A stretch of DNA of 63,646 nt, counting the filler, from Licmophora abbreviata (lineage: Eukaryota): NCBI GenBank assembly GCA_900291995.1. It is 13 parts of 13 records of this genome, joined end to end, with 100 filler letters (N's around TTAATTAATTAA, not from the genome) between each part and the next. Parts side by side here need not be neighbours in the genome. Positions count along the whole stretch, not along the records: positions 1 to 13,141 come from OLMU01005616.1; 12 more parts are not named here. One strand, given 5' to 3'. The position numbers and the translations under genes are program-made. This document shows positions 1 to 11,225 of the stretch, one piece after another (position 1 is the first letter of the stretch; each line of letters starts with the position of its first letter). A model generated the notes under the pieces. The model was not told the origin of the DNA. It did not search any database and saw only the letters and a list, made by a program, of their open reading frames with translations.

Positions 1-17
1 GTATAATTCGGCATGCC

Positions 18-38
18 TTGTTGTTGTTGTTGTTGTTG
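18..38. repeat. (TTG)n microsatellite
   Basis: About 7 tandem TTG units at 18-38. Confidence 0.8.
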
Positions 39-388
39 TGTGATGAGAGAGCCGAGTCATCAGCAGTTCGTTGTGAAATTGTGAGCCGCTCTCTCCTTTT
101 AGCATTCTTGATCAATTATGTCATGACATTCTATCAGAAGACTGGAAACCACGTTGACTTCTACGCAGAGAGGTACTTCAAGAATGTCATTTGCGTAGAC
201 TCAGTACTACGACCTACAGAGATCGTGACTAGGTCTGTTCTGCTGGATTTCTCTCCTGTGGCACAAGAACGACAAAAGCCGAAGAGAGAGAGGAAGGTCC
301 GCCTCTGTTTCTGCCTCTTTTCTTTCGTTCATTGCTTCTTGTGGATCTACTTCTCTCACTGTCTTCTCATAAGAATAAAAAGAAGACA

Positions 389-2322
389 ATGCGTCTCTCT
401 CGCAAAGGATCCGGCGGCCGCAAAGGGAAGGTGAGTGTCGCGACTCATTCGTTGCATCGTCCTTCGTATCAAGATTCCCTCTTTCGTAGGATTCCCTAGT
501 TCGATCTTCCGGGTGTTTTGCTAGTGTACCGGTATAGGATGGTGATGGAGGAGGAAGACGATTGATTCTTTGGACGAAGATCGTGGTACAAGCAGTAGTA
601 ATAGCAGAGTGGGAACGTTTTGAGTGCCATCCAGGAAGCAGAGTCAGTCTAGTAGCAGCCGCAGTGGAGGAATCTGAATCGACGAGGGACGGCGACGTCA
701 GACATTGCTTCCCCTAGATGCCGCGACCGACGAGATGTTACTGTTGAGATTCGAGGAAGAAGGAACTTTATTGGTTTGGTATTTCGTTTGACTCACGCTA
801 GCTGTTCACTTGAAACACTCGCTCCTTCCAGAATGACGCTTCGTCGTCGCCTACCCCGGAAGATACAAAGGGCGCTCGCCGCCGCGGCGGCCCTCCTGCA
901 GCACAGGCCTCCATGACCATTCCAGCTTCCCAACAGGCTGCCGTCAAACAGCAGATTCAGCAGCACCTGCAGCACTCGCCGCGTACTCCCTCGAATCAGC
1001 CGGCCCGTTCCCCGGAAGTTCAAATCCACCAGCCCGGGGCCGACCGCGCGGCCCTCAAGGAACTGCCGGCCTTGCGCGATGCGCCTGCCAACAAGCGGGA
1101 GGAATTGTTCATTGCCAAGTTGCAGCTCTGCAGTGTCATTTTCTCGTTTGAGGATCCCAATGCCGACAAACGGGGCAAGGATATGAAGCGCCAGACGCTG
1201 CTGGAGCTTGTGGATTACGTCAATACGCCGGCAGGACAAAAGATCTTTACGGAAAACGTCATGGGAGACTTGATGGCCTGTGTCTCGGCCAATGTCTGTC
1301 GTGCGCTGCCTCCTGCGACGGATGACTTTGATCCTGAAGAAGACGAGCCCGTCTTGGAACCGGCCTGGCCGCACTTGCAGGTGGCGTACGAGTTCTTTCT
1401 GCGTTTCATCGTCAGTTCCGAAGTTAATGCCAAGGCTGCCAAAAAGTATGTGGATCAAAAGTTCTGTCTTCAGCTGGTGGAGCTCTTTGACAGTGAAGAC
1501 CCGCGCGAGCGCGACTACCTCAAAACGATCCTTCATCGCATCTATGGCAAGTTCATGTCGCACCGGTCCTTTATCCGACGTTCCATTTCGAACGTCTTTT
1601 ACCGTTTTGTCTACGAGACGGAACGTCACAATGGTATTGGCGAGCTGTTGGAGATTCTCGGAAGTATCATTAACGGATTTGCGATTCCTCTCAAGAAGGA
1701 GCACTTGCAGTTCTTGGTGCGCGCCCTAATCCCCTTGCACAAGCCCAAATGCGTGGCGCTGTACCATCAGCAGTTGTCGTACTGTATTATTCAGTACGTG
1801 GAGAAGGATGCCGACACGGCGACGCCCATTCTGAATGGCTTCTTCAAGTGCTGGCCGTGGAGCTGCAGCGGAAAGCAAGTCATGTTCCTCAACGAGCTGG
1901 AAGAGATTCTCGAACTCCTGGGAGCCGACCAGTTAAGCCAAGTGAGTAACATGCTCTTTACGAATCTGGCTCGCTGCTTGGATTCCGACCACTTTCAAGT
2001 CGTCGAACGTGCACTGTTTCTGTGGAACAACGAGCACTTGGTCAACAGCGGCTGCTTGAGCCGACTGAACGCACAGCAGGTGCTCCCGATCATTTATGGT
2101 CCTCTCTACAAGAACTCATCTGGACACTGGAATGCGACGGTTGAAGGATTGGCTCAGAATGTGTTGAAAATGTACATGGAGTACGACTTGGTCTTGTACG
2201 ACAAGTGCACTGCGGGATACCTCCGTGAGGAAGAGGAAGCCAAGCGCAAGCTGGCGGCCATTAGCGACCGCTGGCATGCTATTGAAGAGATGGCGAATCA
2301 AGCCGCGGTAGAAGCCAAGTAG
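389..2322 (+). CDS. PPP2R5: Protein phosphatase 2A regulatory subunit B' (B56), 2 exons: 389-430, 832-2322
   Basis: B56 signature sequences (FDPEEDEPVLEPAWPHLQVAYEFFLRF, LFDSEDPRERDYLKTILHRIYGKF, ELLEILGSIINGFA, HFQVVERAL). Upstream exon MRLSRKGSGGRKGK ends at a GTGAGT donor (431). The acceptor TTCCAG at 831 is in frame with the 913 ORF. Confidence 0.95.
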
Positions 2323-3130
2323 GAACGGAGCGTGTAGTATTAAAAAAATGAAAGCATGGGAGCTGCCGGCCCTAGAACGAAATACATAGTTTGATTATAT
2401 CTACTCGTACTCTCCGTTGATCCAAGAGTTGTACGCTATTGTGTTCCAGTATTGTTCGTCTCATTGACGCGCGGAAGATCCGCCTATTAGCATGCTTGCT
2501 CACGCAAGACTATGTGACGATGCAAACGACCTTTTGCGCCACGGAGCGCTGATTGAAAAGAATGGAATCCCATGGCCGGCTCTAGAATGAAAGGGAGTCA
2601 GTCGAGTGATGAGTCGAGTCGAGTCGAGTCCAGTCAAACTTGATGAACCCGGAGTCTGAATCTGATGCCAATGACAGAAATCGAGGCATCAGGGACACAC
2701 AACAAACCGCAGCGCAAGAGTTCCACCCCGGTCCGTCGCCAATGACTTTAACGTTTCACTCTGTTCGCCACCACCCTCTTGTGAGAGGACGTGTTTGACA
2801 AGGAGAGAGGACACTACACGATGTTTCTATCGCGCACCGCGTCGTCCGTTGAGTTTCAAAACTTTTCTCACGAGTGAACATCGACCGTTGGGAGTGCACC
2901 TTGGCACTTTTTCTGCTGCTCGGCTTAATGTTGTTCTTGTTGCTGTTGTCAGAAAAGTATCCATTGAAGGTTGAACAAGTGAGTAGCTTGCGGTTGTCCA
3001 CCAGCCATGTGACTTTTTACATGACTCGTCGGGTTCTCTGGTCTCTGCCTCGTCGTCATAAACTCACGTTCCTCCGTTTCTTTGCTCTATCTTGTTCTCC
3101 AGTTTTTTCCCATTATTTGCAATCTTCATC

Positions 3131-3382
3131 ATGCAGCCTTTTCCATTCGTGAAGCGGGTTTGTCTAGTACTGGGAGTACTGGCTTTGGCTGTGGTCAGCC
3201 TCGGAGAGGTTTCTGGCCAGCAAGATTTGCAGCAAAGATCCACCGAGACCAGCAGCGCCTCGAAACGACGTCTTCGCGGCATTACTAATAGTGAAGCGGC
3301 TGATCAAAGCGTCCAGAATCAGAAGAGTCACAAAGAGCATCTAAAGGTCGTTGATTTGATTTATGACATGATTCATATGTGA
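3131..3382 (+). CDS. Small secreted protein (83 aa) with signal peptide and KRRLRG motif
   Basis: MQPFPFVKRVCLVLGVLALAVVSLG hydrophobic leader, then SKRRLRG. A probable 5'UTR intron spans 2979-3102 (GTGAGT...CTCAC...TTCTCCAG). Confidence 0.55.
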   Translation: MQPFPFVKRVCLVLGVLALAVVSLGEVSGQQDLQQRSTETSSASKRRLRGITNSEAADQSVQNQKSHKEHLKVVDLIYDMIHM

Positions 3383-3973
3383 GGGTTCTAAACTCCCATG
3401 TCTACATACTAGTAAAGTGCTTCATCGCTGCATGATACCTCAAAGACGATACTGGGTCACCTGATTGATGGTGTCGTGTCATGTGTCTGAACAAGAGGAC
3501 ACTCTAGCTAGAGGCTTTGTACAGTTCTCGTTGCTGAAAAGCTCGTACAGTAGGTGAGCTGCAAAGTAGAGCTATGTGCATCCTATACGAAGGCATACCC
3601 CCCGATCCTTCTTAGTATTGCCCGTCCCATACTTCGTGTCTCCTGAAGAGTGGTGAAGCAACCAACTCTGCAGTTCAGTCTGTGCTCACATGATGGTACG
3701 CATCTCACGGGACAATAGCCCATATCTGCTTCACAGAAAGAAGTGAGGATGGATACCAAGTCGAACAAGCAAATCCAATACGGAAGTAGACTAGGACGAG
3801 ACTACCGACCCGATCCCTCATGAATCGAAACGACCTATCACAACTTGTTCTTACATTGAGTCGAAGCAGTCAATCAAGATTTGAGGGTTGCTCGATGTTC
3901 TCGGACGATAACAGACTGCACTAGTAACGTACCGCGCGGGTGACGCTTCTATTTTATTTTTTCAGGATGGACC

Positions 3974-5299
3974 ATGACGCCGATACGTCCCCGCCGTCGT
4001 TGGAGTGGCATCGTACTTTTACTACTCTGCAGTACTCGTCTCTACTCTTCTTTCTCCCTTGAAGATGCTTCACCAGCTACAGCTCCCCAGATTCAAGCGA
4101 TTTGGTATCGCGAGACGAACAACATTCTCCACTGGAGCTGTCGTGTGGAAGTATCATCTTCTTCTTTCGACGACGACGAACTAGAATCACGTCGCCAGTG
4201 CTGTAGGGCCATTCGAGATGTACTGAAAGAAAAGTGTAGGCAGACTGAGGAAAGCAGTAGTCCTAGTGGTAGTGTCGGCGTCGCTGACACTGTACAGCTC
4301 TGCGAGTTCTTGGAGCAGCTGGCACCATCCTATCGAGAAAAGTTGCAAGACATGGAGTCGCTCATGGCGCGAGTTCCCATCCGTTTCGACGACTCCTTGG
4401 CTGTGTACTACTACTCGCTATTACTTTCCTTAACACCCCAACAGGCCGTGTGGAATCATGATCCCACCGTACTGACGACCAGAGATAGCAGCAACGATCT
4501 TCCTAATCTCTATCTACACGAGAATCATGGTCAGTGGACGACCGAGCCTGCCCCGATGCCCTGGTGGTCGAATGACATTCCGAATAGCGAGGAGACATCC
4601 GCTGCTCCTGGGAATGTCCTCCATGCAAACGTTCGCTCGAGACCATCGTCCACCGGGGGCATGCATCGGCACCTGCACACTGAAATCGGACTCACCACGG
4701 CAACAAGAGCACCTCGTACAGTGAAACATGCATCCTTGACGTTGCTATTGTTTGTCACGCAAGATGTCTTTCTTGACATGGACGATATCTTCGTGGGAGA
4801 CTGCGGTATCACCATTTCGGACGGTAGTGTCAGTGAAAGGAAATGTCGTGCATCGCTTGTCGAATCAGTATTTCTGGACAACATTTTGCCGCCGCGCATT
4901 GACATTGAACAGCCGGCCTTTGTCAGTCCGCAGCATGTCGTGGCGGTGAGGATGGACTTGGAGGAAAGTGAAGATGACGCTCATCGCATCGATAATTGTA
5001 CACTGCACGTGACGACACAGATACACGCGAGGTACCCCCAGCCTATTGCGAGTGGACGATATCGTTCGTTTGTACTCCCTGCACCCGTATTGGTTGGCGG
5101 CGAATGCGAGGTAGGGGAGTCATCGAGCGAGACGTGTCGAGTGCGAGTGACGAGTATTGCTGAAGCACCAATATTGGTTCATGTGGCTGCTGGGTACGAG
5201 AAGGACTACATGTGGACCACCGTTGTAACGTTCTTGTGCAGTCTGGTGGGTTCGGCGATTTTACTACGCGAGATTGTGACGGTGTCCCGATGGGACTAG
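3974..5299 (+). CDS. PIGX: PIG-X/PBN1-like subunit of GPI mannosyltransferase I
   Basis: Signal peptide, PIG-X-like motifs (GGMHRHL, VFLD, IDIEQPAFVS, IHARYPQP) and a C-terminal TM helix. Confidence 0.7.
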   Translation: MTPIRPRRRWSGIVLLLLCSTRLYSSFSLEDASPATAPQIQAIWYRETNNILHWSCRVEVSSSSFDDDELESRRQCCRAIRDVLKEKCRQTEESSSPSGSVGVADTVQLCEFLEQLAPSYREKLQDMESLMARVPIRFDDSLAVYYYSLLLSLTPQQAVWNHDPTVLTTRDSSNDLPNLYLHENHGQWTTEPAPMPWWSNDIPNSEETSAAPGNVLHANVRSRPSSTGGMHRHLHTEIGLTTATRAPRTVKHASLTLLLFVTQDVFLDMDDIFVGDCGITISDGSVSERKCRASLVESVFLDNILPPRIDIEQPAFVSPQHVVAVRMDLEESEDDAHRIDNCTLHVTTQIHARYPQPIASGRYRSFVLPAPVLVGGECEVGESSSETCRVRVTSIAEAPILVHVAAGYEKDYMWTTVVTFLCSLVGSAILLREIVTVSRWD

Positions 5300-6084
5300 G
5301 AGGAACGACAGTACAAGTCTGACTGCTGCGAGTATTGCGATGCTGGGGGATGCGGAGGCGTCAACGTCTACACTGATATTGTAGCTATCATATTATAGCT
5401 CCATGTTGAGACATACTCTAGAGAAACAACGCACAAAACAAAACGGAACATTGGCGTGCCCTCTCATAGATTCATTCCGGAAGCACAATGCATTGGATTC
5501 GGCCTTCATTTCTTCCCTTTGGATGTGTTTACAGGTGCCTGGCGAAGAACGGCGCTGGTTCCGGCGGCGAGAGCGATCGGTTGACAAGTCCTTCTTGTAC
5601 TACTAGTGGTACGCCTCGGCGGCGAGCTCATTCTCGTCACAGATGGCGTCGCGTGAGTCAAGACTGCATCTCGCGCTATGTCGACATAGACTCGAGCATC
5701 TTTCCACTGAATCCATCCTCCCAACATGGTGATTGGAATCTCTACTGTGTGCTCTGCATGTCGAACGAACAGATCGATGGAGAGGATGAGCCTGCAGAGA
5801 AACAATCCTTCTCCTTGCGGTGGAGGTGTACGACGATACAGTACCAGATGCACCTTAAATAGGTCATTCACTCATTAATACAATTCAATATACTTTTCAG
5901 CAAATCAACTTGGCCCAACGCACGCTCACAAATTTTTGGCGGCAAACCCAACGGATGCCTTCACCTACAATTGCGTCGTTGGCGGGCTTGTGTCACACAT
6001 GACCATGGGCAAGAAGACGGTCCACAAGCAAATCCCTTACTCTACAACCTTCACAGCAACAAGAAGCGTAACCAGTTTTCGATC

Positions 6085-8344
6085 ATGAGATTTCTATGTT
6101 GCTGGACTGCATTGTGGGGCTTGGCGGCGTTGCAATCGGCGAGGGCGGTCAAACACAACAGTCGAGCTCGAACCAACAGAGAGCTTAGCGTCCTTTTCGA
6201 CTCGGACCACGTTGGATTTGAAGATTACTTTGAGACACAGTATGCTGAGGATCAGCATGTAAAGGCTGCCGGCGGGAAGAAGGACGGAAAGACAGGTAGG
6301 TGCCGCTGGGCGCCGGAGTCGATGGAATGTTCTTGTATCATCTGACCCCGTCATACATCGTTCTTGCCTCTGTGTCTACCTCAGGATCAAAACCAATCCC
6401 AAAGCCGAAGCCAACTCCATACTGGTCGACTGCACAGGCCCCGTACTATTGGCCCACCGCAGGCGACTACTCTCCATCATCTCCTTCCTACTACTGGCCC
6501 ACATATGGCGACAAGCCAGTTCCCTATGCCAAGCCAACTCCCAACCATGGAGGAAAGAAAAGCTCCAAAGGACACAAGCCAACGCCGGCAAAACCTACAC
6601 CACATTGGTGGCAGCCCACTATCGAGTATTCACCCTCAAAGCCCATCCCACCACCATATTACTTCTATCCAACTGGACCAGGACCATCAAAGCCTTCACC
6701 TTATTGGCCAGCTGCATCGCCAAATTATTGGCCAACCTATCACACGGGTAAAGGTGGAAAGAAAAGCAGTAAGAGCGGGAAAAAGTCATCCAAAGGGTCA
6801 TCCAAGGGGAAAGGTATGTGTATGCAGGGTCGTAGCGACGTCCGCCTTGACGTCTCCTTTTGAAACGAACGGGCTCTAAATGTGTCTCGATCCAACATCT
6901 CTATCGAACAGGATATCCGAAGCCGCTGCCATACTGGAAACCTGTTCCACATCCGTCTAAGCCCGTGCCAGTAACGCCATCGGCTCCATTCTTCCCATCG
7001 GCTCCGTTTTTTCCTTCGGCTCCTTTTCCTTCAGCGGTGGTGCCGACGACTGTGCCTGTGGCTGTACCAGTGGCAGCACCTACGCCCGCCCCGACACCTG
7101 ACCCGACGCCCGCACCCGCGAGCCCGATAGCTCCCTCTAGCCCAGTCTCACCAGTGGCTACGACTGGCGATACTGTCACCAGTAATGCGCCACCAAAGGG
7201 TGAGCGCCCAGTGTCGTCTCCAACGGCATCCGCGCCGATTCCGTGGTCAATTGAAGTTATTCCAACGGTAGAAAGTCCGGTTGCGTTGTCTCCAGTAATA
7301 GCCTCTGTTTTGTCCCCGGTATCGGCTCCAAGCGACGGTCAAGGCAACGAGCTGGATGACATCATGGCAACTCGAAGTGTGCAGTCAGCTGCAGTTGTCA
7401 TTGATTTTACGGGGACATTCGATGTAGTTGTTGCGGATAGTGCCATCTTTGACAAAGTGCTTTATCACATTGATGCATACTTGAAGAGCACAATCGGCTC
7501 CGTGCTGGACACCTTTGATTTGCTTTTATCGTTTCACGACAATGAGAGTAATGGAGGACGCCGTCTTGAGTCAACAAAGGCGGATGTGTCCCTCATTATA
7601 CGGCTCTCCAGTCAAGATGAGCTGGCGCTCGCTTCGTTTGACAACGACACGGCGACCAAAATGTTAGAAGATTTTTTTGATAGCGACGCAGTCGAGGCGC
7701 TGGAAGAGGATCTCGTTGCAGCTGGTGTCGACGTGGTCGACATTTCTCGTGTAGAGACTGCAGAGGGAAAGACGAGTGGTCAGGAAAGCACCGAAAGTAC
7801 GCAGAGCAAGACCGTCGTCGCAGCTACGGTCAGTGGCGCCTTTGTCTGTTTGACACTCGTGGGACTGTTGGTGTTCAATCGACGCCGGCAGAGAAAGGAT
7901 TTCCGTGTGGGTCCAGAGGTTAGCGCGCTCAGCACGGTGGACTCGGATGACGAGACCCAGGCGCGTGGCAACGTATCGAGAAAACGATCCAACTCATGGC
8001 ATTCGTCCTCAAGTCGGTCAAGCAGTCGTCACAGCGAAGAGTCATCGTTTTCCTTTTCGAGTCAAAGCAGTTATGACCCAACAGCCATTTCCTTTCCGAG
8101 TCTGCTTCGGTCAGAAAAGGATAGCTACAGCCGGCCCAAGCGACAAGAGCCTGTAGACACCAGTATCCGAATGCTGGACGGGCCAGACCTCGTGGCCAGC
8201 ATGACCGCCTCGGAGCCGACCATGTGGTCAGTCGATGGCTCATCGACATTCCGAGTAGAATCAGCCTCAGCAAAACAGAGGCGACATCGGTACGAGGGGG
8301 TCATAAACTATGAAGAAGATTCCATGGAAGATGTGGGCCTATGA
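6085..8344 (+). CDS. Type I membrane protein with Pro/Tyr/Trp-rich and KSSK/KSGK-rich luminal region (candidate biosilica/SDV protein); exons 6085-6295, 6385-6813, 6912-8344
   Basis: Signal peptide MRFLCCWTALWGLAALQSARA, REL and RRL motifs, YYWP repeats, GGKKSSKSGKKSSK, PT stalk, TM (VVAATVSGAFVCLTLVGLLVF) followed by NRRR, and a Ser-rich tail. Two phase-1 GT-AG introns (6296-6384, 6814-6911) join three ORFs in frame. Confidence 0.75.
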
Positions 8345-8531
8345 CGGGCGGGAGCAAGAAACTGAAATGGGGAATACAGTACTCGCTCGTGATGTATACA
8401 CTAGTACATGTTGATCATTAGATTCTACGATCGGTATGGATCCGTCTGATTGATACTGCCATACCGTTCAAAAACGCGTGGCACCAACGAAAGCGACTTG
8501 CTTCCCCTCTTGCCCCAAGTGTCGCTCATTC

Positions 8532-10732
8532 TTACTGATCTTTCTTCTTCGAGTCACCACCCTCAACGACCGTCTCGTCTCGCGTTTCCCCCAGCGACGA
8601 AACGTCGCCGTTTGCTTCGCCAACCGAATCTGTCATGAGACTCCTGTCTTCATAGTACTTTGATAGAGCCATGTGTCCATCGTACGACGAACTTTGTTCA
8701 GTATCTTCGTCCTCGTCTTCTCCCTCTGCCAGCTGCGCTGCCATGAGCGCTCGCGGAGGTGCAGGCAGTTCCTTGGCGTCTCCGAGAGTCACGACGCCCG
8801 GTCCAAACAGTTCGCGCACACCACCACCACGATCGTTGGCGTCTGCAGGGTATACACTTCCAGCATCACCACTACTACCATTGTACACAACACTGGTGTT
8901 ATCTTCTGAGAGGGTGGAAATGACACTCAAATCCCTGAAATCACCATCATCCCGCGATTTGAACGCAGCGTCCAACGCCGAATTGTCAAACAACACGGAA
9001 CCAGCGTCTCCCAGATAGGAATCAATCGCACGTGTCCCACCATAGGGATGATTCATAAGGGACGACGACATGACCGACGATTCTTCTTCAAAGTAGCTGT
9101 ACGTGGAGGTTGCCACGGAAGCGTCGTCATCGTCGTCGCATGGGGACGTTCGTTTCCGTCACGATCATCGAATGGTGCACTCTGCGGCGGCGCTCTCTTG
9201 CTACCATAAGAACTTCTCGGACTGATATCCTCCGTTTCAGCAGTGGGTACTTTGGGAATTTCCAAGCCATCATGCTCATCGATGTTGCTAGTATTGAGAA
9301 ACAGGTCTTGTTGTTTCTGCAAATGTCGCGCACGGCGAATTTTGTACCAAAAGAAGGCAACCAGCACAAATCCCACCACTGCGACGCCCACGCTGCTTAC
9401 CAAGAGAATATCCGAGGTGTCCATGTCGGAAAAGTAGTTTGTGACGCTGTCCACGAAACCATCGTCACTGCTGCCACCGCTGCTACTCTTAGTTGTATCG
9501 ATACTAACTTTTTGCGTATTGGCCAATACGGGGTCTTGGGCATCCTGCAAGAGCAACAAGTACTCAAACATGGCGGTGTCTTGAAACGAGGATTGCACGG
9601 CCGTGTCAGTGAGTTCTTGTGTACCATCATCATTGTCATAATATGCAACACCTTGCACTTGCTGTAGAATCCACACGGCGCCACCTTGGTTCTTGTCTAG
9701 ATAGTATCGTGTCGGTGCCGGATCAAAATCGAGCCGAAAGGATGATAGTGATGATAGTTCGACATGTTGGAATACATGTTGCGTCGTAAGTTCCAGCCAC
9801 TCGTCGCGATCCACTTCGATCAACGTCGTGGGTGTTAGCGAGGAAGTATCTAGAGCTGTTGATTGGCGTCGCCTAACACCACTCCTTGTAGTACTACTGC
9901 TGAGCAAGCGTCGCCTTGTAGACGTCGTACTGGGGACAACGAGACGCAATTCAAAGGGCGTAATGTCGACTCGTAGATTGGACGCAAGGTTGACGGATGG
10001 GGCCTGGGTAGGAAATGAGGTGACTGTGGGCCCTCCGGTCGGTGTAGTGGTAGGAGCTAAAGTAGTTGAAGGAGAAGACGTGGGGGCTGATGGGAAGTTA
10101 TGGAGAGTGGCAGTGCGTACGAGGTACCAAGAGCACGGAAAACGGGAAAGCAACGAGAAAGAATGAGTTCTCGCATGAAGATTCGACTCTGCTGGACAAA
10201 CTACACACTCTCGCGCTTACCTATCGTCGGCATTCTTGTCGTACTGGGCATACTGGTCGGCGGCACTTGAGTCGGCACGGCCGATGCCTTCAAGTCCCCG
10301 TAATTCATTTCCCACAAGAGACACGGTTCATAGTAACTATTCCATTCATCGTCCTCATCTGGATCATAGTCGTTATAATCAAAGTTCTTGCAGCGTTTTG
10401 GAGCTTTCTTCGGATCCAAGTCGCTCACGACCCACCGTCGGTCGTCCTCGTCGCAGACGACAGTGTCGTCGTCATTCCACTTGTCATCCTGGCGATGATT
10501 GCAATGATGAATGTCGTCGGGAACGCCGGGAATCAAGCCTGCTTTCTGGAGGAAGCGGGTGATCTTAGCAAACGTACGAGTATAGTGGTTTTCTTCAGTG
10601 GTGGTCTTCCAGAAAGAAGTGAATGGAGAGGAGACATCTGTAGTTCTAGTTTGAGAATACGACAGCAAGCCCATCACTGTCAAGCTGCTGCTGCAAACGA
10701 TTCCCAGTACGAGTACCAGCGGGAGTTTCATT
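8532..10732 (-). CDS. Type I membrane protein (PT stalk, RRRLL motif, SEA-like domain, TM, acidic tail), paralog A; intron 10087-10220; apparent 1-nt frameshift near 9140
   Basis: Hydrophobic N-terminus MKLPLVLVLGIVC. A phase-1 intron GTAAGC...CATCAG joins ORFs 10201-11058 and 9053-10153. The tail continues in ORF 8532-9116 (STYSYFE), matching paralog B. Confidence 0.7.
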
Positions 10733-11225
10733 GTTCGACGTAATTTGGAAAGCTGTTCAAGGAAATCAGAGTGGGAAGAGTGGAGGCAGGCGCCGTCGAC
10801 GAGAAAGGGTGGATGTGGCGAGCAACAACACAACGAGAACAGCACAAATTCAAAACTGAATTCAACCGCAAAACGCAAGGCCGACAACAAGAGCATCGCG
10901 ATCCGTGTTTCGTTTCGAATTTTTGGCGCGCGCGCCAGTCGGCCCAAAGATTCGTCCAATCTGGAGGGCGTCGAACGAGTCGAGTCGAGTGACTCGTTTT
11001 TTTCTTTTCGAAACTGGAAAGTGAAACAGTGCTCTCGTCGCGGGAGGACATCGAACATTGCATCAACGAGCTACGACGTGGACTAGAGTCAGCCTTGGTC
11101 TACCGAGCTCTGCCATACCATGAAAGCAAAACAGGTACACACTGTCACTGTACAATGTAATATTCTTTCGCTATCAACTTCATCCTCATAATCTATTATA
11201 GAACCAAGATAGCTCTTCATATCCC

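Noticed and set aside
793..1704. 303-aa minus-strand ORF and other long antisense ORFs (e.g. 56104-56907, 57369-58133, 43776-44516, 14333-15052)
   Set aside because: They are antisense shadows of well-supported genes and have no motifs of their own.
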